DNA of 32,000 nucleotides from Pseudomonas aeruginosa (GCF_001457615.1 NZ_LN831024.1:2580001-2612000); one strand, 5' to 3'. Counted from the first letter of the stretch, positions 9,335 through 17,825 are shown. Program-made: numbers and translations. The notes: generated by a model from the sequence alone, not told the origin.

Positions 9335-10711
9335 ATGGAGACGTTACCCATCAGGAACCGGCGCTTGCTGGTGATCGATGAGCGGCAGGCGGATCGAGAC
9401 CGTGTATGCGGGTTGTTGCAGGGAACCCTAGGGGCCGAATCGCCTCCCGTGGCGCCTGAGCGGGGCTACCAGGTGGATACGGCGGGAAGCGCCGAGGAGG
9501 CATTGGGGCGGATACGCTCGGCCCTCCAGGCCGATGCGCCGTATGCCGTGGTCTTCCTCGGGATGCCGTCGGTAGGCGCGGATATTCCCGTTCTCGAGCG
9601 GTTCTGGCGTCTCGACTCCCGCTTGCAGGTCGTGGTGCATGCGCCTCCCGCCGATTTTCCGCTATTGGCGCCGTGGGCTGCGGAAGAGCGCCTGTTGCTC
9701 CTCGGCCTGCCTTTGCAGGGACAGGAGGTCCGCCAGATGGCCGGCAATCTCAGCGCCAAGTGGAACGTGACGGCTCACCTCCAGTTGCAGATGAGCCGGA
9801 TGGAGGCTGCCATCCAGGAGATCACCCGGGAAGTCGGCCAGGCCAAGGAGGCGCTGGAGAAAGAGATCGGCGAGCGCAAGGAACTGGAAAGCCAACTGGT
9901 GCAGACGGAGAAGCTTGCCTCGATCGGCCACCTGGCCGCCGGCGTCGCCCATGAGATCAATAACCCCATCAGCTACGTTTCCTCCAACTACACCACCCTG
10001 GAGGAGCACGTCAGGCGTTTGCTGGAGGTACTTGAAGCCTATGAAGAGGCTCGCCCCGCGATCCGCGACGAGGCGCTGGCAAGACGCCTGGAGCAGCTCG
10101 GCGAGCGGGTCGAACTGGCCTTCGTCAAGGAGGATGTCGCCGTGTTGCTGCGCGAATCCAGGGAAGGTATAGGGCGGGTGCGCAAGATCGTCCAGGACCT
10201 GAAGAACTTCTCCCGCGTCGACGCCGAGGACGACTGGCAGTGGACCGATCTGCACCAGGGGATCGAGTCGACCCTCAATATCGTCGCCAGCGAACTGAAG
10301 TACCGGGCCGACGTGGTCCGCGAATACGGCGATCTACCCGAGGTGAAGTGCCTGCCGTCGCAGATCAACCAGGTGGTGATGAACCTGGTGATGAACGCGG
10401 CCCAGGCGATGGGGCCGGAGCGGGGTCGCATCGTGATTCGCACGGGGCATACCGTGGAGCATGCCTGGATCGAAGTGGAAGACTCGGGGCAGGGTATCTC
10501 CCCCGAGATCCTGCCGCGCATCTTCGATCCGTTCTTCACCACCAAGCCGGTAGGCAAGGGGACCGGCCTGGGGTTGTCGCTCTCCTACGGCATCGTCCAG
10601 AAACACGGCGGCACCATCGAGGTACGCAGCCAGCCGGGAGTCGGCAGCGCTTTCCGGATCGTGCTTCCCCTGGAATCACCCGGCAACCTGGGCGGAGCCC
10701 ACGGAAATTAA
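9335..10711 (+). CDS. soluble histidine kinase with N-terminal pseudo-receiver domain
   Basis: In ORF 9299..10711 the ATG at 9335 follows GGAGG (9322-9326) and gives 458 aa. No TM segment. The N-terminus is receiver-like but has Gly at the expected phospho-Asp (AVVFLGMPS). Coiled coil, H-box ([15 protein letters not shown]), N box ([11 protein letters not shown]) and G boxes ([15 protein letters not shown]) follow. Confidence 0.85.
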   Translation: METLPIRNRRLLVIDERQADRDRVCGLLQGTLGAESPPVAPERGYQVDTAGSAEEALGRIRSALQADAPYAVVFLGMPSVGADIPVLERFWRLDSRLQVVVHAPPADFPLLAPWAAEERLLLLGLPLQGQEVRQMAGNLSAKWNVTAHLQLQMSRMEAAIQEITREVGQAKEALEKEIGERKELESQLVQTEKLASIGHLAAGVAHEINNPISYVSSNYTTLEEHVRRLLEVLEAYEEARPAIRDEALARRLEQLGERVELAFVKEDVAVLLRESREGIGRVRKIVQDLKNFSRVDAEDDWQWTDLHQGIESTLNIVASELKYRADVVREYGDLPEVKCLPSQINQVVMNLVMNAAQAMGPERGRIVIRTGHTVEHAWIEVEDSGQGISPEILPRIFDPFFTTKPVGKGTGLGLSLSYGIVQKHGGTIEVRSQPGVGSAFRIVLPLESPGNLGGAHGN

Positions 10712-10824
10712 CTGTTGCGCCGGCTAGAGTAACGTAAGACAATGATTTATCTACCGTTTGGGGTGGGTCTCGGGTTGGGATGCCGGTTTGGTTCCCGTTG
10801 CCGGCTCACTTGAAGCGAGATCCT

Positions 10825-10911
10825 GCCCGGATGGCGAAATCGGTAGACGCAAGGGACTTAAAATCCCTCGGGGGTAACCCCGTGCCGGTTCGACCCCGGC
10901 TCCGGGCACCA
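10825..10911 (+). tRNA. tRNA-Leu, anticodon UAA, class II with long variable arm, CCA encoded
   Basis: Folded by hand. Acceptor stem GCCCGGA/TCCGGGC; anticodon stem AGGGA/TCCCT with loop CTTAAAA; variable arm CGGGGGTAACCCCGT; T arm GCCGG-TTCGACC-CCGGC; 3' ACCA. Confidence 0.93.
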
Positions 10912-11203
10912 TCGTGTTTCCTGGCGTTCAGCCGACTTCTGCGTTCCTTCCCCGATTTTCTTCCGGCCCGCCATCGCGCGGCAATCAACGAGTCGACGTT
11001 GCCTTCTTTCCCTCCTCGGCCTTGGAGGCGTTTCATTCTAGTACGGCTCCGTATAGGGTTCGCCCTGGCTGGTGTGCGGGAGTGTTTGTGCAGCTTGAAG
11101 TAGTTGTCTTTGGAAGTTTGATTTTTTGTCGTTATCTTCTGCTCCTGCTTTTTAATTTCCTTTCCGAATATATTCAATTCACTGGCGGAATTATCCTCTT
11201 TTC

Positions 11204-11695
<492 letters not shown>

Positions 11696-11708
11696 TAACT
11701 TGTCTCGG

Positions 11709-11739
11709 AAAAAAAAGGGCCCGAATGGGCTCTTTTTTT
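11709..11739. terminator. rho-independent terminator after lecA (A-run, hairpin, T-run; potentially bidirectional)
   Basis: AAAAAAAAGGGCCC-gaat-GGGCTCTTTTTTT: an 8-bp stem with one G.U pair followed by a T7 run. Confidence 0.85.
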
Positions 11740-11968
11740 AAATGCAAATAAAGTGAAGTTGCCCGTGTGGCCGTTATGAACGGACAGGCAGCGCTTCGCA
11801 GTTGCGACTACCAATGACAAGAGTATCGAACTCCTGGAGCTGCCGCGGTCGTGGGAAACCGAGCGAGTGGGGGCGGGGAACTGCTTCAACACGCTTCGGT
11901 CTGAACGGGAATATCGATTCCTGACCCGATTCAGAATTCCGTCCACATAGTAGACAGTACCGAAGCCG

Positions 11969-12310
11969 ATGCCCTGCCGACTTTCCCTGGTTGTATTTCC
12001 CGCTCTCTTCTCCATTGCCGCTGGCGCCGCGGAGGAACTCAAGGACATGGCAGGTTCGACCATCGTCGTTGCCGGAAGACTCGAGGCCGTCGAATGCCCT
12101 GGCGCAGGCCTGTACGATTGCACGGGGTGGCCTGCCAACCTGTACCGTTTCGAGGGACAGGACGTGTGCCTCAGCATCGAGGCTGGCTGCGATTACAGTT
12201 GCGATGGCATTCTCAGCGAGAAGGGCGGCACGCAATCGATCCTGGTTTCCGGCTCCTATCGCGATCACATCCGCAAGGTGGAAGGCACGCAGGTCTCCTG
12301 CCCGCGCTAG
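11969..12310 (+). CDS. hypothetical small secreted cysteine-rich protein
   Basis: 113 aa with a signal-peptide-like N-terminus (MPCRLSLVVFPALFSIAAGAAEE) and six Cys in the mature part. GC3 is clearly higher than in the overlapping frames. No convincing SD. Confidence 0.55.
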   Translation: MPCRLSLVVFPALFSIAAGAAEELKDMAGSTIVVAGRLEAVECPGAGLYDCTGWPANLYRFEGQDVCLSIEAGCDYSCDGILSEKGGTQSILVSGSYRDHIRKVEGTQVSCPR

Positions 12311-12428
12311 AGACGCTCGGCCGAGCGCTGGAAACATCGCGAGGTGCAACGGACGGTCTGCCGCCCGCTGAAGAAGGCGAGCGGCGCGGGATGTGCTAGG
12401 GTGCCCGTTTGCAGGGAGGACCCAGGGC

Positions 12429-12836
12429 ATGGAGCACCCATACAAGACCCCAGAGGCGGACCTGGCCGAGGAGAAGCTGACTGCGAGAGGTTTCCTTTCC
12501 GGCGGGCAGCCGCTGTGGAAGGCATTCTGGCTGTTCTTCGCTGCGGGTTTCTTATTGCTCAGCGTCGCCGCCAGGCAGGCGATGGTGGCCATTGTCGATC
12601 CGCTGATGCAGGAAGCTCCCGGCGAACATGCGGTGGCCCTGACCTTGTGGGGAATGGTCGGTGTCGAGCTGGTTAGGCTGGCCTACCTGTGCCTCAGCCT
12701 CGTCGTGGTCTGGCGCTGCGGGCGCAATTCCCGCTGGGTGGCTGCGCGCCATGCCAGCAGGGCGGTGCTGTTGGCACTGATACTCCTGACCCTTTACTCG
12801 ATCTATCTGGTCTGGGCCTTGCTCGCCAGTCCCTGA
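12429..12836 (+). CDS. hypothetical small inner-membrane protein
   Basis: In ORF 12393..12836 the ATG at 12429 follows AGGGAGGA (12413-12420) and gives 135 aa. There are three to four hydrophobic helices after a polar N-terminus (MEHPYKTPEADLAEE). Confidence 0.7.
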   Translation: MEHPYKTPEADLAEEKLTARGFLSGGQPLWKAFWLFFAAGFLLLSVAARQAMVAIVDPLMQEAPGEHAVALTLWGMVGVELVRLAYLCLSLVVVWRCGRNSRWVAARHASRAVLLALILLTLYSIYLVWALLASP

Positions 12837-12894
12837 GCGACGCGCTGAGGCTGGCGAGCATGCTGGTAGGGCCCATTCCACGTGCCTGCATTGG

Positions 12895-14658
12895 CTAACG
12901 CCGCAGCCAGTCCTCCAGTTGCTCCGGCAGCATCGGCTGGGCGATCAGATAGCCCTGGCCCTCGTGGCAGCCCCAGGCCTGCAGCAGGTGGAAGGTGTCG
13001 TGGGTCTCGATGCCTTCCGCGACCACCCGATAACCCAACTGGCTGGCCAGGCCGATCACCGCCTGGGTGACGCTCTGCGCCTTCGGCGAGCCGGCGAGGT
13101 CGCGGGTGAACGATTGGTCGAGCTTGATGGCGGTGATTGGCAGATCGCGCAGGTAGGTCCAGTTGCTGTAGCCGGTGCCGAAGTCGTCCACCGCGATGCC
13201 CATGCCAAGCTCCCGGGCACGCAGCAGCACCGAGCCGACCGCCGAGGCGTCGCGGATGAGTACGCTTTCGGTGAATTCCAGCTCGAGGGCGGAAAGGTCG
13301 ATGTCGTAGGTTTTGGCGAGTCTGACGGCCTCTTCCAGGAAGCTGCTGTCTTCCATGTCCGATGCCGATACGTTGATCGCCAGCCTGAGCGGGATGTTCC
13401 GTGCGTTCCATTGCGCCAGCTGGGCCATGGCATGGCGCAGCACCCAGTCGCTGAGGGGGCGCATCAGTGCGGTTTTCTCCGCCAGGGGCACGAATTCGGC
13501 GGGGCTGACGAAGCCGAGTTGCGGGTGCCGCCAGCGCAGCAGCGCTTCCACGCCCGTGCACCTGCCTGTCGGCAGGTCGATTTTCGGCTGATACACCAGA
13601 TGGAAGCCTTCTTCGGTTCCGATCGCCTGGGACAGCGAGGTCAGCAATGTGAAGGCACGCTGCTGGGCCTGGTCCAGCGGCGGGTTGTAGCGGGCCCAGC
13701 CGACACCGCGGTCGCGGGCGTCGTCGGCCGCGCTGACCACCAGGCGCAGCCAGTCCTGATCGCCGTCGAGGGGATCGTCGGCAAGCGGTAGTACGCCGAG
13801 GCCCACGTTGGCCTTGATCGGGATCCCGCGACATACGACGGGGCTTTCGAAGGCCCGCAGCAGGCGGAGGCAGACCGACTCGGTTTCTTCCTGTTGCTGC
13901 CGTGGCAGGAGCAGTCCGAAGCGCGTCGGGCTGATCTTGTAGAGAGTGAAATCCGGCAGTTCCGCGCGGATGCGGTCGCGCGCCTCGAGCATGAGGTCGT
14001 TGGAAAAGGGATAGCCCAGCGTACGGATGATGGTATTCAGCAGGGCGAGGGGCAGGAGGTCGGCGGCGATCACGGTGAGGGCGCCGTCGCGCTGCAGGCG
14101 CAGGGAAACGTCCTCCTGCAGGCGGAGACGGTTGTACAGGCCGGTTGGCTCGTCGATGTAGTTGGTCGAGCGGAGCGTATGGATACGGGCCATCACCAGC
14201 CGGGCGAAGTGCTCGAGCATGGCGACGTCCCGCTCGGCCAGCGGCCCGCGTGGTTCCCGGTCGATGACGCAGAGGCTGCCGAGGTTGAGACCTTCCGCGG
14301 TGGCCAGCGGAGCCCCGGCGTAGAAGCGGATGCGCGGTTCGCCTTGCACATAGGGGTTGTCCCGGAAGCGCGGGTCGAGGGTGGCGTCGGCCACCTCGAA
14401 TACTCCCTTGCCCAGGATCGCATAGGCGCAGAACGAATCCCGTCGCGGCGTCTGCCGGATATCGAGGCCGATGCTCGCGCGAAACCACTGGCGCTGATGG
14501 TCGAGGATGGAAATGAGCGCGATGGGCGTCTGGAAGTAGGACGTAGCGGCGGCGAGGATTTCCTCGAATACCTCGTCCGCACCTTCTTCCAGCAGACCGA
14601 GTTGGTCGACGTAGGCCTGTCTCGAATGCTCGTCCTCGGGATAGGGTGGGGTTGCCAT
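12895..14658 (-). CDS. GAF - degenerate GGDEF - EAL protein, probable c-di-GMP phosphodiesterase
   Basis: 587 aa with an N-terminal GAF-like region. The GGDEF-fold region reads SPTRF at the expected GGDEF position (my alignment by eye). The EAL domain has EALLRW, DDFGTGYS, KLDQSF and EGIE blocks. PA2567 from memory. Confidence 0.9.
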   Translation of the reverse strand: MATPPYPEDEHSRQAYVDQLGLLEEGADEVFEEILAAATSYFQTPIALISILDHQRQWFRASIGLDIRQTPRRDSFCAYAILGKGVFEVADATLDPRFRDNPYVQGEPRIRFYAGAPLATAEGLNLGSLCVIDREPRGPLAERDVAMLEHFARLVMARIHTLRSTNYIDEPTGLYNRLRLQEDVSLRLQRDGALTVIAADLLPLALLNTIIRTLGYPFSNDLMLEARDRIRAELPDFTLYKISPTRFGLLLPRQQQEETESVCLRLLRAFESPVVCRGIPIKANVGLGVLPLADDPLDGDQDWLRLVVSAADDARDRGVGWARYNPPLDQAQQRAFTLLTSLSQAIGTEEGFHLVYQPKIDLPTGRCTGVEALLRWRHPQLGFVSPAEFVPLAEKTALMRPLSDWVLRHAMAQLAQWNARNIPLRLAINVSASDMEDSSFLEEAVRLAKTYDIDLSALELEFTESVLIRDASAVGSVLLRARELGMGIAVDDFGTGYSNWTYLRDLPITAIKLDQSFTRDLAGSPKAQSVTQAVIGLASQLGYRVVAEGIETHDTFHLLQAWGCHEGQGYLIAQPMLPEQLEDWLRR

Positions 14659-14699
14659 GCTGGACTCCTGGGGCTACTGCGATGTCGGGCATCGGCAAT

Positions 14700-14713
14700 C
14701 AATGATGTCATTG
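14700..14713. promoter_or_regulatory. 14-bp palindrome upstream of the GAF-EAL gene
   Basis: CAATGA-tg-TCATTG read directly, flanked by GGCA/TGCC, about 42 bp upstream of the ATG at 14658. Confidence 0.4.
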
Positions 14714-14894
14714 TGCCTTTATTTCGTGGAGCGCGGGCTCTTTTCCCAGATTGCAGCGATGAAAGGGCGTGGAGGTTGATCGCGGTCATGCCGGTACGGC
14801 CTTCGACGCCGACGCCAGCTCTGCGAAATCGATTACCTGGTAAACGGACTCTTCCTATATCGGCCAGCATCACCGCTCGCTAAAACGGTCGCAC

Positions 14895-15125
14895 ATGCTT
14901 CCACCGAGAAAAGACATGTCCGACACGCTCTCCTTCGCCTCGCGCCTCTGCAAGTTCGTCATCCTTCTCGTCATCCTGCTGATCGGCGGCGCCAGCCTCT
15001 TCCTGTGGTGGCTGGGGCGACCTTACCAGGACGCCATGTCCGCCTTCGTCCCGTTGCTCATGCCGATGCTGTTTCTGGTGCTGGCGTTCGACACCTTTCG
15101 CGCCTTCTCCCGCCCCGGGCGCTAG
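14895..15125 (+). CDS. hypothetical small membrane protein (two predicted TM helices)
   Basis: 76 aa (or 69 aa from the ATG at 14916). Very high GC3 and two hydrophobic stretches (FVILLVILLIGGASLFLWWL, FVPLLMPMLFLVLAF). No clear SD. Confidence 0.5.
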   Translation: MLPPRKDMSDTLSFASRLCKFVILLVILLIGGASLFLWWLGRPYQDAMSAFVPLLMPMLFLVLAFDTFRAFSRPGR

Positions 15126-15374
15126 GCCTCCGGGCGCGCAGGCACCGATGCAGCGCTGTATCCCCGTGCTGCCCCTGTCAGCACTGATACGTGGAGAGTC
15201 TTTGCAGGCCAGCCACTGACCCGGAGGAAGCTTCCGAATCGCCGGATCGCTACAACGCGCCAGCCTGCATGTCGTCATCTTCGAACAGTTCTTCCGCGAT
15301 TTACTGACGGAGCGGCGGGCTCTCCGCCACAGCGGAAGGGCCAGCCCATGCCTGCCCGCCGAGTGGCGCTTCGC

Positions 15375-16862
15375 TCAATGGCCGGGGAGAATGTCCACGG
15401 CGCCCGGCTTGTCGTAGGCGCCGAAGCGATCGACCAGGGTCGCGCTGGCGGCGTTCAGGCCCAGCACGTCGACCTGCACGCCGCGCTGGCGAAAGCCCAG
15501 GACCACCTTGTCCAGTGCCGCGACGGCGGTGACGTCCCACAGGTGGGCGTGGCGCAGGTCGATGAGCACATGCTCCAGCGTCTCTCTCAGGTCGAAGGCG
15601 GCGATGAACCTGCCGGACGACGCGAAGAACACCTGCCCGCTCACCTGGTAGTGGCGGCGGGTGCCGTCGGCGGAGCGTTCGCTGTCGATATCGAGGTAGT
15701 GCCCGATCTTGTTGGCGAAGAACAGCGAGGCCAGGAGAACGCCGGCGACCACGCCGAAGGCCAGGTTGTGGGTGGCGAGGACCACGCCGACCGTCACCAG
15801 CATGACCAGGTTGGTCGATAGCGGGTAGCGCTTCAGGTTGCGGATCGACTCCCAGCGGAAGGTGCCGATGGACACCATGATCATCACCGCCACCAGGGCC
15901 GCCATGGGAATCCGCCCGACCCAGTCGCTGAGGAACACCACCATCAGCAGTAGCGCGACGCCGGCCACCAGGGTCGAGAGCCGGCTGCGCCCGCCGGATT
16001 TCACATTGATCACCGACTGGCCGATCATCGCGCAGCCAGCCATGCCGCCGAGCAGGCCGGTGGCGATGTTCGCCAGGCCCTGGCCCTTGCATTCGCGGTT
16101 CTTGTCGCTGCCGGTGTCGGTCATCTCGTCGACGATGGTGGCGGTCATCAGCGACTCCAGAAGGCCGACCACCGCCAGGGCGGCGGAGTAGGGCAGGACG
16201 ATCAGCAGGGTGTCGAGGTTCAGCGGCACGTCCGGCCAGAGGAACAGCGGCAGGCTGTCGGGCAACTGACCCATGTCGCCGACGGTGCGGATGTCCAGGC
16301 CCAGGTAGATGGATATGCCGGTGAGGACCAGGATGCATACCAGCGGAGAGGGCAGCAGCCGGCCGATCCGTGGCAGCTGCGGGAAGCCGTAGACGATCGC
16401 CAGGCCCGCGGCGGTCATCGCGTAGACCGGCCAGCCGACATCGGTGAGTTCGGGTAGCTGGGCCATGAAGATGAGGATCGCCAGGGCATTGACGAAACCG
16501 GTCACCACCGAGCGCGAGACGAAGCGCATCAGCGAACCCAGGCGCAGGTAGCCGGCGAGTATCTGCAGCACGCCGCAGAGCAGGGTCGCCGCCAGCAGGT
16601 ATTGCAGGCCGTGGTCCTTCACCAGGTTGACCATCAGCAGCGCCATGGCGCCAGTCGCGGCGGAGATCATTCCCGGACGGCCGCCGGCGAAGGCGATCAC
16701 CACCGCCATGCTGAAGGAGGCGTACAGGCCGATCTTCGGGTCGACCCCGGCGATGATGGAGAAGGCGATGGCCTCGGGGATCAGCGCCAGGGCGACGACC
16801 AGGCCGGCGAGCAGGTCGCCGCGGAGGTTGGAGAACCAGTTCTGTTTCAGCGTCTGTAGCAT
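15375..16862 (-). CDS. SulP-family anion transporter with C-terminal STAS domain
   Basis: In ORF 15375..16979 the ATG at 16862 gives 495 aa, MLQTLKQNWFSNLRGDLLAGLVVALALIPEAIAFS (typical SulP N-terminus). The C-terminus is STAS-like (YQVSGQVFFASS...VLGLN). Confidence 0.9.
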   Translation of the reverse strand: MLQTLKQNWFSNLRGDLLAGLVVALALIPEAIAFSIIAGVDPKIGLYASFSMAVVIAFAGGRPGMISAATGAMALLMVNLVKDHGLQYLLAATLLCGVLQILAGYLRLGSLMRFVSRSVVTGFVNALAILIFMAQLPELTDVGWPVYAMTAAGLAIVYGFPQLPRIGRLLPSPLVCILVLTGISIYLGLDIRTVGDMGQLPDSLPLFLWPDVPLNLDTLLIVLPYSAALAVVGLLESLMTATIVDEMTDTGSDKNRECKGQGLANIATGLLGGMAGCAMIGQSVINVKSGGRSRLSTLVAGVALLLMVVFLSDWVGRIPMAALVAVMIMVSIGTFRWESIRNLKRYPLSTNLVMLVTVGVVLATHNLAFGVVAGVLLASLFFANKIGHYLDIDSERSADGTRRHYQVSGQVFFASSGRFIAAFDLRETLEHVLIDLRHAHLWDVTAVAALDKVVLGFRQRGVQVDVLGLNAASATLVDRFGAYDKPGAVDILPGH

Positions 16863-17218
16863 CGGGATACCCAGGGGCGAGGCACGGCCCGTGCAGTCGG
16901 TCGACAGCGCGGGCCGCGGGATGGCATTGGAAAAAACAAGGGATGACGACAGGCGTTCAGGCGAACGAACGCTGGCCACGGTCGTTCGGACCGTGGCCGG
17001 AAGGGGCAGGCATGGCTATGGCGGAGTGGGCAGCCAGGTCATCGGGGAGTAGCGGGTAGTCGCTTGCAGGGAGCGGCAGCATAGCCGATTCGACAGGTTC
17101 GACCAAGCCGGCAGCTCGGGCTTTCCCTGGGTTGCGTCGCGATCGACGGCATGGAACCAAACAAGCGAAACGGTTCTAAGCTATCGAGGGATCGTCCTCG
17201 CATGGAGAGAACATCATC

Positions 17219-17731
17219 ATGTTCAACACTCGTTCTGTGCTCGCGCTGGTCGTGAGCCTGTCCCTGATCGGCGGTACGCCTGCCGTCCTGGCCGACCCGG
17301 GCAATGGCAAGGGCAACCCGCACGGTAACCAGATGGACGGCGGAAAGGGTAACAAGGGCAACAAAGGCAACCAGGGTGGCCACGACAACCATGGCGGCCC
17401 CGGCAACAAGGGCGGCGGCGCCGGCCAGAAGGGCAACGGCGGCGGCAACTGGGACTCGGGACCGCGTATCGACGTCGGCGGGGTACGGGTGATCCTCGGC
17501 GACAACCGCGGCTACTGGAACCCGGGGCCGGCCCTGCCGCCCGGCATCCAGAAGAACCTGGCGCGCGGCAAGCCGCTGCCGCCCGGCATCGCCAAGAAAC
17601 TCGACGGCCGCCTGCTAGGCCGGCTGCCGCACTACGACGGCTACGAGTGGATGCAGGCCGGCACCGACCTGCTGCTGGTGGCGGTGGCGACCGGGCTGAT
17701 CTACGAGGTGCTGGACAACGTCCTCGACTGA
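17219..17731 (+). CDS. periplasmic CigR/RcnB-like protein with Gly/Asn/Lys/His-rich low-complexity region
   Basis: 170 aa with a signal peptide (MFNTRSVLALVVSLSLIGGTPAVLA), a G/N/K/H-rich tract, repeated PPGI.KxL motifs and a C-terminal GYEW...D.LLVAVATGLIYEVL block. I associate that block with the CigR/RcnB family (memory). Confidence 0.8.
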   Translation: MFNTRSVLALVVSLSLIGGTPAVLADPGNGKGNPHGNQMDGGKGNKGNKGNQGGHDNHGGPGNKGGGAGQKGNGGGNWDSGPRIDVGGVRVILGDNRGYWNPGPALPPGIQKNLARGKPLPPGIAKKLDGRLLGRLPHYDGYEWMQAGTDLLLVAVATGLIYEVLDNVLD

Positions 17732-17746
17732 TCGAACCCTGGCTGT

Positions 17747-17782
17747 GCATGGCGGATAGCGCCACAACGCTATCCGCCATGC
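17747..17782. repeat. REP-like extragenic palindrome (15-bp perfect arms, 6-nt loop)
   Basis: GCATGGCGGATAGCG-ccacaa-CGCTATCCGCCATGC read directly, between convergent genes. Confidence 0.7.
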
Positions 17783-17796
17783 CCCCCCGTTGGAGC

Positions 17797-17825
17797 GGCG
17801 GATAATCGCGTTGCGGTTGTCCGCC
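17797..17825. repeat. second, imperfect REP-like palindrome sharing the GGCGGATA/TRTCCGCC arms
   Basis: GGCGGATA-atcgcgttgcggt-TGTCCGCC: an 8-bp stem with one G.U pair, in the same orientation as the first copy. Confidence 0.5.

Noticed and set aside
11811-11837. tRNA T-arm-like sequence on the minus strand (AGGAG-TTCGATA-CTCTT followed by GTCATTG), possibly a tRNA fragment marking an integration scar downstream of lecA
   Set aside because: No complementary 5' acceptor strand (CAATGAC), D-arm or anticodon arm can be placed upstream, and there is no CCA. It does not resemble the 3' end of the adjacent tRNA-Leu. Most likely a chance match.
11774-12592. 272-aa minus-strand ORF covering both small plus-strand genes next to lecA
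   Set aside because: It overlaps two plus-strand ORFs that have better third-position G/C bias, a signal peptide or TM helices, and an SD. Its own translation is featureless.
14880-15278. 132-aa minus-strand ORF antisense to the 76-aa membrane ORF
   Set aside because: It has a lower third-position G/C bias and many rare codons by eye, with no SD. The plus-strand frame encodes clean hydrophobic helices with high GC3. The call in this region remains low-confidence either way.
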